This document shows, piece after piece, positions 48,401 to 60,452 of a stretch of 64,000 bases of DNA (the first letter of the stretch is position 1; every line of letters begins with the position of its first letter). Origin of the DNA: Botryllus schlosseri (Eukaryota); contig CM119371.1 of assembly GCA_051294905.1 (NCBI GenBank), forward strand, positions 4,962,001-5,026,000, in the 5' to 3' direction. A program made the translations under genes and the position numbers. The notes beneath the pieces are model-generated. The model saw only the letters and a program-made list of their open reading frames with translations, was not told where the DNA came from and did not search any database.

Positions 48401-51400
48401 ATTCAAAACAGAAGTCTACTATCAATATGGGTTGGTGTGCATTTAGTCACTATGGATCGATTTGCTCTTTACAATGTATGCTACTTCTATAAATCAGACA
48501 TTTTATAAATGACGACTCTTGCCAGTATGTGACATCACAAGCAAATTTGTTAACACTGACTATGTGTTGCATTTCTGTGCTTCAAGACTGTATTCATTTC
48601 AACAGGTGAGGAAGAGAACCCAGACGCGGCACCGATGATTTGGAAAAGCAAACGGGCGGATTATACGGATAAAGCGAATTCGGTAAGGCCAATTTTGGAT
48701 CGTAGCAGTCACAGGATATAATTATGCGCAGTAACCTACTGATAAAAAGAGCTTAAAATCTAATTTTATAAATACAAAGGTGAATAAAGTACTCTGCGTG
48801 ACTTCTCGACTACAAGTAAATTTCTACTCGATTGCATATAGAAGTAGCCAATTCAAAGACAGGTCAAAATTAATTTAAGTGGAAGTACGTGGTCGAAGTA
48901 GTCAGATTTGCTGCATAAGTACAAGTAATGCATTACATATCTTTTCCATTGTAAGCTGTAAGCAGCCATTTACAAGAAATGTATATATTGGTGATTAACT
49001 CAAAAGGACTAATGCCACTACAAATCGGTGAAATCGTCAAAAACGATTCATTAACCATGTGACCCCATATCATACAGCTATTATCATAATTTCACTCGTT
49101 TAAGTGATGTGGATTTGCTACATCCTACTTTCCAAACCTTTGTAGAATTAGGACTTTAAAAATGAGTGTCTACGATACAACTTCGTAAGTGTTGTCCTTG
49201 TATTGATGTGCTAGGTTACATTGTGACACAGTGAATATGATGAAAGACGTAAATTTTCATCTCGATAAAGTGGTGTATTGGCGATTTAGTAACTTGGTTT
49301 TTCGTATTTAATTTTTACGCATGCCAAAAACAGTGTTTATTTGATCAAGAACACTGTTAAGATGTCTAGTTAGAGCGAAGTGCCAGCAATAGGGTTACCA
49401 TAATTATGTCCTGTTTGTGTGGGATTTATCCACTTTTTTCAATAAATTGATGGTGCCCTCGGAGCACGCCCAAATGTCCTCTTTTTTGGAATTTTTGCTC
49501 TTTCTATAAGAAGTTTTATGATATGATCAGAAAAGTGTACTCGGACACACCAAATGCAAGTCAATTAACGAAAAATACGTGTCGATGGGCATTTCCCGAG
49601 TCAATATTGGAAAAAATACCCTCTTTTAGTCCACACAATACTACTACTATTTTTGAAATTGCCCGTTTTCTTTTCCGTTACTATCGATTTCAGAATTTTT
49701 GCAAATAGTTCTCTTTTTCTGATCTCAAAATATGGTAGCCTAACCCTACCCAGTAATGTCGGTAATCCCAGTGAACTCGTCAAAACTTCCTATGCTCTCT
49801 TATTAGTTGTTATCTAATAGCTGTTACTGAAAATGCTGAGGGAGAACTGCATAGAGCCAAACGAGCTGAGCTCGGCGTACAGACATTTTCCAATCTCGTG
49901 CTTATGAAAAAAAACCTGACTTCATATGAGGTCAAGTAGATTTTTTGTCATATTTTTCAAATTCATAATTAAATTAAATTTCCTAGTTCTTGCAAAAACA
50001 GTGAATGTAGTTCTAATCTAATTGAGGAAAAATATAGATATAATCTTATTTTCCGATTGAATATGTGGTTTCCTGAAGAGGAGAATTTATCGTGTGAATT
50101 AATCCAAGCTTGAAGTAAAGACATTTGCCATTCTCGTGCTTTTGAAAATGTTTGATGCAAACTGAACTTGTTTTTTTTGTATTTCTTTCCAATCAGGAAT
50201 CAGGGTTGTAACCAAGTCACGAGGTCCCGAGTCACAAGTCAATGTCACTTTTTTAGTTTTGACTCGAGCCACATTGAGAGTCATTTTCAATTCATCACTG
50301 AATCAAGCCCGAGTGCAAGACAGCTAGTCAGTTCAATCTGGTACGATCTATATGTTTCTGCCTGTAACTGAGTATAATTTTGTGGCGTTACTTCTACTTG
50401 TAATTGATTCGTAATTTACGAGGCCACTTCTACATGAGTACTTTCGGCACCTGTCCGATTGTTTTATTATATTTTTCCATCATGCAGGACCACACCAAAT
50501 TGGTTCTGTGTCGTCTGATGGGAGCTGTGATTCACATCAACCAGCAGGATCACTTCCCAACCTACAAATTGGAACTGCTACGAAATATGGATGCGACCCC
50601 TGTCAAGCGCGATCGATAGCTGTTTCGTTTTCGAAGGCGGCTAACAGCTGATCGCTTGATCAGCCTATTCTTCAGTAAATTCGACGGAAAATTTGGTGTT
50701 GGTCTGTTCGTAATAATTTTGACAGTGAACCAGATCGAAAACGGTCACGAGGCTACTTCTCGATGATTTCATGTAACAGTGTACCAAGTTTCGGCTTTCA
50801 TCCTCGTATTTATTCGGTAATATATTTTCCAAAGGCGATATTGCAGCAGACATATAGACCGTAAGCCGTATGTGTCGTGTGACAGTCTCCTGCCTCAAGG
50901 CCAAAATTTCCTATGCTGTACCGGGACCGAATTTCTGAGGCTGCTATCCGTTGTTCTTCAGAATTATGTTTTGGATTCAATATGACATGTCCATTGTCCA
51001 ATCTATGAGATAACGAATGCGTATGTTTCCGAACTAGTTCACCTTTCCAATTAGGCTTACGCAATCTCAGGAGTTATGGTAATTTCCATTTCTGCAGATA
51101 ATTAGTCAGGTATAGTGCGAACATGAACCGTGTGGAATCTTTGTTCCGTACGGCGATTACGCAGTTACCACACTTCAACTCACAGCTCACCGGCAGACCT
51201 ATCGCGAAACATACGTTAAAATCACTGTTGTCGGGAAGTTCGTGTTACCGTACCACCAAGTTACTTGCTTACATTGGAAGACGCCATTGTGACGTTATAT
51301 TGATAAAAAGTCGCTTGCAGCCCTTTCCCCGCCACCCGATATTGTCACGAGCCGCCACCGTGGCCGAATCCATTCAATCCCTCTCATATGCGATCAGTGG

Positions 51401-51561
51401 CATAGAATTCTTGTAACCGTTACCCATCTTGTACCACAGTTCTGGATCTTCAATAAATTCCTTGAACTTTGCAATTCTCTGAGGTGTCTGACTGTACGAA
51501 TAGAATTCTTGGTGCAAGTTACAGCTCGATTTTGAAAAATTATAGAATCGTCGTATATATT

Positions 51562-53102
51562 CAGGGTATCCAATGCCATACCGTCCTTATTTCTAAGATT
51601 TGTCCTTATTTTGAAGGGCCACGTCTTAGAAAAATTAATTGTCCTTATTTCTAAGAAATGTCCTTATTTTCGACTTGCGTCCTTATTTTGTCTTATTTTC
51701 AACCACTGCAGAACTTCGATCGTTTTCCTCTGGTTTTTGTGTTGCATAATATTCTAAAATTATGCTTTTGCGTCGAGATGTTATATGACATCATAAAGGA
51801 AATGAACTCTAGTGACGTACACACCTTAAGATTTGACTTCTAAGTGGTGAGATAGCTAGGGCAGTGCGTTGTTTCGTCTGTACCAAGCTACCATGGCGGA
51901 CGTCATTTTAGCAGTAAACAGCAGTACCGGGTACCTGCTGTTTGGTATACAGCAGAATAGCTCAAGCTGTGGGAAAGGCAGCGTTTATTTCATAGTGGGA
52001 AAAGGCGCAGTGCAGTCGACATATCGGTTAAAAAGTAATAAAGCTATTAATCATTGATAAATTTTCCTAAATTATATTGCTCTTGCGCACATAGTTTTAG
52101 CTACTAATAAGGCTAAATCTGATTAGTTGAAATGAGCAGGCGTAAAAACGTTTTTCGTGACGATTATGGGAGAGAATTCAAAGGTATCTAACGAAGCTTG
52201 AAGAGCGAGTGTTTCGCACATTGCAGTATGTGCAATCGTTACATTAACGTGGAGCTTGAGGCCATAGGAAATACCGCTATTTCATCTCACATTGATACCC
52301 CAAAACACAAGAAGAGTGCCATAATGATTAATTTGAGCTAGTCGATGAATAATTTTCCACAAGTCGATCAACACCAACGACCACAGACGACAAGGCAGCT
52401 GCTGCAGAGGGTACCTGGGCATTCAATGCTATCAAACACAAGCAATCATTCTTCACCAAGGATTGCACATCGCAATCGTTCAAAGCAATATTCCTCGATT
52501 CCCACATTGCAAATAAGTTTGCTTCGGCCAGGACCAATAGTCCAATACTACAAGTAATGTTCCCTCTAATTTTGACGAACCTTGGACAACATGGCTTAAC
52601 GAATGGAAAAAGGTCATCACTGCGAATTTTTTGTGCGCAACTTAGATGTTCTATTCGCAGAAACCGTGTTATCACTGCGCATTTGCGCACGTGCGCAGCT
52701 TGATGGGTACATTGACAACAAGCATTGTTACTGGAGTTCTTGCTCCATACGCTCAAAATTGATTTTGTCTAAACTTGGTGTACGGCCTTTTTTCATCTCG
52801 GTTGACGCCTCTAATCACAACGAGGAGAAGAAGTTTGGTTTATCACCCTATGGGGAGGGGGGGGTAATACCAACGTTTTCGGGGGGGGCGGGGGGGCGAA
52901 GTGCTGTTTCGGCCCAGAGTAAAGGTAAACCTAGACCTTTCTAAGAACAGGGAGTTGCTGGAGATGATTGTTTTTGGCAAAAAGTATGGAATGTGATACT
53001 CCAAGGCACGTATAAATAAAAAGTATGCTCAAAAACACTTTTTCATGCTAATCTAATTTTTCTACTGTCCTTATTTTTGGGTCCATGTCGATGGCAACCC
53101 TG
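51562..53102 (+). mobile_element. Internally deleted hAT (Blackjack-like) element with N-terminal transposase remnants
   Basis: CAGGG...CCCTG termini, gtccttattt subterminal repeats, perfect TSD tatatatt. Remnants CFAHCSMCNR..HIDTPKH, DKAAAAEGTWAFNAIKHKQSF..DCTS..KFASART and FISVDASNHNEEKKF. Confidence 0.85.
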
Positions 53103-53260
53103 TATATATTACTTGCCTGATATGATACAAAAGACGTTTATAATATCATGATAACGATAACGTTAATAAGGAAGCTATGACAGGTTACTCCAGTTGCAAT
53201 GTAACACGATAACATGCCGCTTACACTGCCTGAAAAACCTTACCGGCAGCAAAATTTGAC

Positions 53261-53893
53261 ATCATCATCATCATCATTGGTTTATTAGCAATTTTATCAG
53301 TTCAATACCTCACAAAAAATGCGATACAATGAATAGACAGGAAGATTTCGAAGCGACTTGGATTTGTCAATGGAATCAGACACCCACCTTGGCCTAGGCG
53401 TGGTAAAGAGGAGGCATGCACACTGGATGAAAGTAAAGAATACAGTATAGAAAAAGAAAGCGACAAGAATAGGGCGGCATGTCATGGGAAGCGATATCGA
53501 TAGGTCAGTCGTGATCCGATAATCTTGAGGATGCACTGTATTATTTAATAGTAATTGCTTGTATTTCGACTTGAATGTGGACATGCTCGTCGACTGTCGG
53601 ATGGCCGGCGGGATACTGTGCGACACATCAGGTCCGGCATATTTGATAGAGCGATGATCTTTTCGGTCGATCATATGATATTTGGACGATGTGGACGCGT
53701 GTGTGTTGTACTTGTGCGCTTTTGATTCCGATGTAAAGAAATCATTGAAATATCCGGGGAAACGACTGCAGTGGAACTGATACATAGACTTGGCGATTTC
53801 TAGTTTCCGCATATCTTCTATGTTTAGGACGCTGAATCTCTTCAGTAGCGACTTGTTGGATTGGCAACCAGGCACCTTTGGGGCTCTAGCTAT
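53261..53893 (-). mobile_element. Short 3' fragment of the same LINE family as 19977-22317
   Basis: Reverse-complement match to ~21690-22317, including the ORF end (NKSLLKRF..KYKQLLL), the 3' UTR and the (TGA)n tail. Confidence 0.93.
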
Positions 53894-53997
53894 GGAAGGA
53901 AAGGAGGACGTGGTTTATTTTTGTCCTTGATGTTTTTGCGGCATATACACCGACTCATGATACACATACACACGATCTGCGCATATGATTCGGAGTA

Positions 53998-55373
53998 GGG
54001 GAGACCGGGGACAAATGTAACTAGGGGCAAATGTAACAATCGACCTCACCGCTAGTAGGATGGAGAAATCAGCTTGATATTTTAAGTGCGCATGCAGTAG
54101 TTATCTCTCCTATTATACCTGGAGTTACGTTGAGCTACGATGCGAAACCCCGGAATAATTTGCAAAAAACGAAATTTTTGACCCTTGAGTAAAGTTTTTC
54201 TGGTCTGGAATAATTTGTCTAGACGAATAGTACCTCAAGTAGTTACAACATAATATGTGTAGCTGGAACAATGTTACTATAGTCCACCGTGGTGATGGAA
54301 AAAATAGGACTTGCATCGCCAGGAAGGTACCATACTGAGACACTAATCATGGTCGAGCGTGTCAGGGGCAATCGTAACACTCTGTTACTTTTGCCCCGTT
54401 ACAATATGTTATCAATTCTGAATGTCTTTGTTCATATATTGGTATTACCATTAATCTACTGCAGAATAATCTTGCAACAGCCAGAAGTTCACCAGAACAG
54501 ATACTGCCTTGCGATACCAATTCTAACATGATCATCTGTCGAAACGGCCATACAATAGTGGTGATGTGAATCTGACGGTTCGGTTATTTTCGTGATTCAA
54601 CCACCCTTTCTCATGTTGATCGACTTTTGGTGTGTCGAACTTCAATAGTCATGGCTTAATTCTCGTCCTCTGACTTTGATCATGGCCCACTTACATTTTG
54701 ATATTTGATGTGAACAATTTATGTTAATTTTCTACAGCACGGATATATGTCAATATAGCTTTGACGCCACACAATGTTGCGTCCTCGTTTTACTATACTA
54801 TCATCGGCCCATTCAACCAAGATATGTTAGCCAGGTCGGTTTCGCACCTTCGCAGGTGACCGAATGACCAACCCATTATGCCCGCTGAACAACAGAACCT
54901 TGGTAGAAGAGGACGAATATGTGTAGGGAGATGATGGAATGAATGTGTCTCTTGTACACTTTAAGCTTGAACAAGACACGAAGGGTGATATTGCATTCAG
55001 ATGCCATAAATGCGATCGGGCGTAGCCTGGAAGCGTTCAAACGTCTCTTCCTTTAGTTTCATGCAATATTACAATTTGTGCTTCCGTTTTCATTGTTCAT
55101 TTAGTTTGTGTTTAGTTATAAATAACACTGTTACAATTGCCCCGCAAGGGTGGTACAATTGCCCCTGGGTACGGGGCGATTGTAACATTTGAGCAGCGAT
55201 TTTTGCGACACAAAATTTCCATGATTGATTGTTGATTGAGTTCCAATTTAGTTTTCATATCAACTATCGAGTTGTTGGCTTCTTTATATAAAACTTTGGA
55301 AGTGAAATTTCCACGAGAAAAACACGTAATGTTGGAAAATACGAAAAGTGTTACAATTGTCCCCGGTCTCCCC
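53998..55373. mobile_element. Non-autonomous TIR element, TA TSD (Tc1/mariner-pogo-like)
   Basis: ta|GGGGAGACCGGGGACAA...TTGTCCCCGGTCTCCCC|ta. Confidence 0.88.
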
Positions 55374-55712
55374 TACTTTATGCTGTAGCTTTTGCAGTGG
55401 CTTGAGTGCAGTTTTACTGGCAGCTCCCCAACACAGGATACCATAATGTAACTTCGATTGGATTAGGGATAAAGAGTATCAGAAGAACCCTGCAGAACCG
55501 TGCGATTCGGCTGATCTCATCTGTATGTTTACGTACCAATTTATCGCCTTACTACCGTAAGCATCGAATTTTGCGAGTTGACGAACTATGTCGCTTCGAA
55601 GTATCAAAAGTTGTTCGCAAATATTTTTCCAACAGTCTGCCTCCTGTGTTTGATGACTTTTTCATACCTGCTAAACATGTCCGTTCCCGTTACACGACAT
55701 CTTCGTCTAAAG

Positions 55713-56822
55713 CAGGGGTGGGCAAACTACGGCCCGCGGGCCGCATGCGGCCCGCCACACCGTTCTGTGCGGCCCGCGAGAGTCTAAAGAAACTTTTTAA
55801 AAATATTGATAAAATCCGTACTAAAAATCGAATTATTGCAGCGACTTCATCAAACTTTTTCTTAGTATATTTCACCATGATAATTCGAAGACAGTGGTTC
55901 TAAAACTGTGGTACGCCCTCCCTCCACTGTTAATTTTTTCGCGCCCCGCGCGATTCTCGTTCACGTCATGATTATTGCTCTGTATTTAGTCTCAATTTCA
56001 TATTTAAAAATTCCTGACCCATATTCGTAACCCTCCGTGCCATCAAACTATCTGTTAGGTTGCTAGCACCCTAGCTGCGTTTTGTGATATGACGATAAGG
56101 GTGGCGCGAAATTTTTCACCATACCAAATGGTATCCGCAGCTATCCTGCTAGGCGCTCAGCAATCACGGATAGCATGGAGGAGAAAAAACGGGGGCGCAG
56201 ACTAGATGACCTCATGGGGCCGTATCGCAACTCCGTCGCCAAAGCATCTCGATGGTGCAGGCGAGAAAGAATATCATATCTCTCTCTAATTCGGATGACG
56301 ATTGGTATTTCATATTGGCCACTTCATTGAAGTTTTAATTATTTCAGTGATGTGCTTATAGAAACGATTTCCGCGTGTCTTAGGTAGATTCGTTCTCTGT
56401 ATGCGTAGAATTGGGGTATTTATATTTTATCTACTCATCGTAGATGCGTGTTTGTAGCTAACATGGTTATGATGCTGTCAGTATTGTGTCCTGGAACTGA
56501 GCCCAAAGTGCAATTAGTAAATCTATGAACAGGTCGCTGCTCATAGATTTAAATTGCAATCCAGTTCTAAGAATCGGGACAAACAACTTTCATCTCTATA
56601 ATTTTGACAAATTGGTTATTGAGGTCGACCAGCCTATGAAATCTCGCCACTATGTTTCTGACGTGTGTGCGATATCATCAAAGCAATGTTTGTTTTATTT
56701 TAAATAGGAACATATATTATCTACATGTCCTCACCATATAATCTTAATTTTATATAATGCGGCCCGCGAATAGATTTAGATGTTGAATGCGGCCCGCGAG
56801 CTCAAAAGTTTGCCCACCCCTG
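55713..56822. mobile_element. hAT-Charlie MITE containing another MITE fragment and a SINE
   Basis: CAGGGGTGGGCAAACT...AGTTTGCCCACCCCTG termini with perfect TSD gtctaaag. Confidence 0.92.
56126..56287 (+). mobile_element. 5'-truncated SINE copy
   Basis: Matches 22766-22930. Confidence 0.8.
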
Positions 56823-58011
56823 GTCTAAAGGAAACGTCTACTTACCCCAACGCAATAGCAACCTAACTAAGAGATCTATCGACAACTCGGGACCTATCAT
56901 TTGGAATGCATTACCATCACATATCCGTGAATTGCCTTATAATAGATTCAAAAAAGCCCTACTTGATCCCATCTTGTCGTTACACTGTTGCCCTACCTCG
57001 CCCAGGGCCAGACATTGCTTCATTGATCATTTGCTACCATTGTTTAATTGCTTTTCTATTTTCCTTTCTTAACTAAACATTTTTTTACAGCCAGACTGCT
57101 CTGAGTCAAGTGTACCTGTTTGATGCTGGTGTGATCAGACTAGATGACCTTCACGGTCTTATCGATCATTCCTATCTAATACCGAATACTGTGCACGCAT
57201 ATTTTCGGTACCACCATCACTGCCGTTTGTTATGTATTTTGGTTCGATGAAAATAAAGACTATCTCTCTCTCTCCCATGCTGGCATGAAGCGGCTAAGGC
57301 TGCAGAACAGGCCGCACATCTTAATTTATAAATTGATAACTCATCATCAAGAATGACGCACAGGCACAGAAAACATTCCGCGCTAACCAATTTACTTCCT
57401 ACATCTCATTAGAACGCGATTTTTCTCTATGCTCAAGCGGCAGAGAATGCATCTTGACGACAGCCTTCCCAAACTGCCAAAGCGGAACGATCGCTAGTGT
57501 CTACACTACACCACCTTCGAACACTATGGTTTTGCGCAGTCAATGGGTGTGATGGAGGTGTGTCTGTATCCTGTGCCGGATTGTAAAATCGATATGCGGC
57601 ACTTCCGAAATCGATACTAAAGCGCGTGCGTAGTAATAGCAGTAGCACAGATATTGTTACGTGAGTATTCTGGAAAATTGCCGGTCAGTACAAGTAAGGC
57701 TTGTCCTGATAGCTTGCTATGTGTTATGTTTTGTATTGATATAATAATGCCTTGTATTATTCAGGCTGCCAGGTTTCTGGAATCTCGTCTATGACATCTA
57801 CATGTTGCAGCAACTTGCCTAACACTGATTGCTAATTTGTTGATTTCGCCACTACCTAACAATGTGTTCTAGGCATGCCTGGAGAGAAACATAGAGAGAG
57901 AGAGAGAGAGAGCAGACTTGTTCCAAATACCAATCTAGTCAGTTGACGGTCAGCTAGATACTGTTTTTCCAAGAAGTTCTAGTTAATGATTTTGAATATT
58001 GAGCAGTTCTA

Positions 58012-59342
58012 CACTACAAAAACAAATTAGACAAATTTGGTCTCAAATTTAAGAAATGAGGATGATTTCGTCTTATTTGCAGCAATGTCAGTCTCACTGA
58101 TGAATTGGGGTCTTTAAATTGAGACTGATTCAGCTGTTTAAGACCATATATAATTGTCAATATTATTTGGTCTTCAAATGAGACCAATAAAATGCATCTA
58201 ATAAGACATATTGTGCTTAATAAGACAATTTTTGATGTGTCAGTATTTTGGTCTTGTTTTAAAGACAAATTTCGCTAATCAAGAAACGACATGATTTGTG
58301 GTCTTAAAATTGTGACCGGAAAGTTGACATGGGTCAGAAGCTCTAAGGCATAAATAGGTTATTGAGACAGTTTTTGATGTGTCAGTATTTTTGGTCTTGT
58401 TTCTAAGACAAATTTCACTAATCAAGAAATGACATGATTTGTGGTCTTAAAAATGAGACCAGAAAGTTGACATGGGCCAAGAGCATAAGATATAACTGGC
58501 TTTTTGAGACAGTTTTTGATGTGTCAGTATTTTTGGTCTTATTTTTAAGTCGGATTTCGCTAATCAAGAAACAACATGGTTTGTGGTCTTGAAAATGAGA
58601 CCGGAAAGTTGACATGGGCCAAGCCAAGAGCATAAAATTAGACAAATTTGGTCCCAAATCGATTTTTTAGAAAAAGAAGTCTCAAAACCAATTAGTCTTA
58701 CCAAGTGCATTCTGTCTCAAATCGTTTTTTAGCAAAAAAAGTCTTGAAGACCAATTAGTGTTACCAAGTACATTCCGTCTCAAAAGTAAGACCCAACTTG
58801 ATCGAGAAGCACTGCTTTATAGGCATCCTTTTCAATGTTCGGTTCTGAGTGAAGGGGGAGAGTGAGAGAGACCATGGGAAAATACTTTTCTAAGGACTTC
58901 ACAGACACAGCTAGCTTATCGAGATCATTTTTGATGCTTCAGTTTTTTTGGTCTTGTTTTTAAGACGAATTGAGCAATATTTTTCGTCTCACCATAAATG
59001 CTATTTTCGACTCAGTCAACCATTTATATATTGATCTGAATAGTACATGTAGTAGTAATTGGTATGTACCTTGATAACTATATCTATTGAATATCTTGTA
59101 AACTCCTTAGTAAAGTATCATCCCAACACTGCAAATTCTGGTCTCTCTCATGCTTCCCTTCGCTCAGACACTAACATTGAGAAGGATGCCCCCTAAGCGC
59201 TGCTGCTATTTTCGATCAATTTGTGTCTTACTTTTGAAACATATAGTAGTTGGTAAGACTAATTGGTCGTTAAGACTTTTTTTTTTGTAAAAAATCGATT
59301 TGAGACATTGAGACCAAATCTGTCTATTTTTTTTTTGGAGTG
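58012..59342. mobile_element. CACT-terminus non-autonomous element (EnSpm/CACTA-like) with internal ~140-bp tandem repeats
   Basis: ta|CACTACAAAAACAAATTAGACAAATTTGGTCTCAA ... TTGAGACCAAATCTGTCTATTTT..GGAGTG|ta; tandem units at ~58220-58640. Confidence 0.7.
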
Positions 59343-60452
59343 TAGTTCTGACCTAGAAACATGTGTTGTGATTTTTAAATGGAAAATTGTGGAGTTACCC
59401 AGTGAGCCCAGACCAGTGTTCTATTGCGTGATGTTGTTGCAGCTAATGTCACCAGTGCGGTTGGTCACAATGATTCGGGTGCTGAACTCTGAATCGAGCA
59501 TCAATCGCAATGATGTCAAGTAGTGAGAGATGATTTTTTCAAATACTGTAACCGTACACCCTCTGATAACAAGAGTTATATCATTACTGCGATACGCCGG
59601 TGATTGAACTTGTTGCAAGTAACACAATCAGCTATTATTGCAAGCAGAATTTTTCTTAAAACGCAATCAACTCCCCGTTGTGAATCTGTATAATTATGCA
59701 AGCTATTACCATTTGATGATACTATTTTTCACGCTGACAAGACCATTCATGTAGGAATGATGAATTGGAATGCAACTGAGCTCACTGCAAGTCTTAACAT
59801 CGGATCATGAGGTTGGCTTACTTGGGTGACTGCTTGTTTATTAGCGGCTTCAGCGCTACAGCAGACTGGGACAACTAGATCATTCTAGTTGTCTAAACTA
59901 ATGAGACGGTAATGTCATTAATCGAATTCTAATCTAATTTGTGTAATGTGTCCATGCTCTCATTTTAATTCTAATCCAATTTCCTGAAAATGCTACAGGA
60001 GAACCGTACAGTGAGAAACGAACTGAGTTCTGTTTACAGACATTTGCCGCAATCATGCTTATCAGAATGAAGTTTGATTTGATATGAACTGAACTATTCA
60101 GTTTTTCGAAAATTTAGTAATTCTAATTCTTTGAATATAATTTTGAAAAACCTGTTTAGCTTACACTCCAATGATTATCTAATTCGAAAAAGCTAAAAAA
60201 TCGAATTCTAGGCCAATTCTGGAAAAAAGCGGCACTTCTTCGGTATTCTCCACTCAGCGACCAGTGTTCTCCATGATCCTCATCTTTTAATGTTCCCCAT
60301 GAATATATAAAAATGATTGTGCTTCACATCGAAACCAACTGCGCTGTATCTGTTTATCGGGAACACTAAAAGATGGCGATCATGGGGATACCGAATAAGT
60401 ACCAGAAAAGCTGCCTGCTATAGCCTAGTTCTATTTCAAGACATGGTATCGC

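Larger units (their letters stand above)
41321..50620 (+). pseudogene. PLK1: PLK1-like unprocessed pseudogene mosaic, plus arm
   Basis: Exon remnants: 41321-41469 (B), 42539-42655 (C), 44071-44265 ([46 protein letters not shown]), 45878-46002 (C), 46697-46882 (D), ~47571-47696 (YALLVGKMP..IKKNVY), 48297-48430, 48606-48682, 50488-~50620 (DHTKLVLCRLMGAVIHINQQDHFPTYKLELL). Many stops and frameshifts. Confidence 0.9.
55488..57274 (+). mobile_element. 3' fragment of a second CR1/L2-group LINE, split by the hAT MITE at 55713-56822
   Basis: TLQNRAIRLIS..FEVSKVV..LPPVFDDFF continues after the insertion as GNVYLP..GPIIWNALPSHIR. The 3' end reads aaataaagactatctctctctc. Confidence 0.8.

Noticed and set aside
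6826..50620. A functional PLK1 gene, or a giant transposon with PLK-derived TIRs
   Set aside because: Almost every exon has stops, frameshifts or lost catalytic residues, and no defined outer termini or TSD were found.
50665..51500. Coding-looking minus-strand stretch (several 60-100 aa ORFs)
   Set aside because: No motif was recognised and the frames are interrupted; it needs a translated search.
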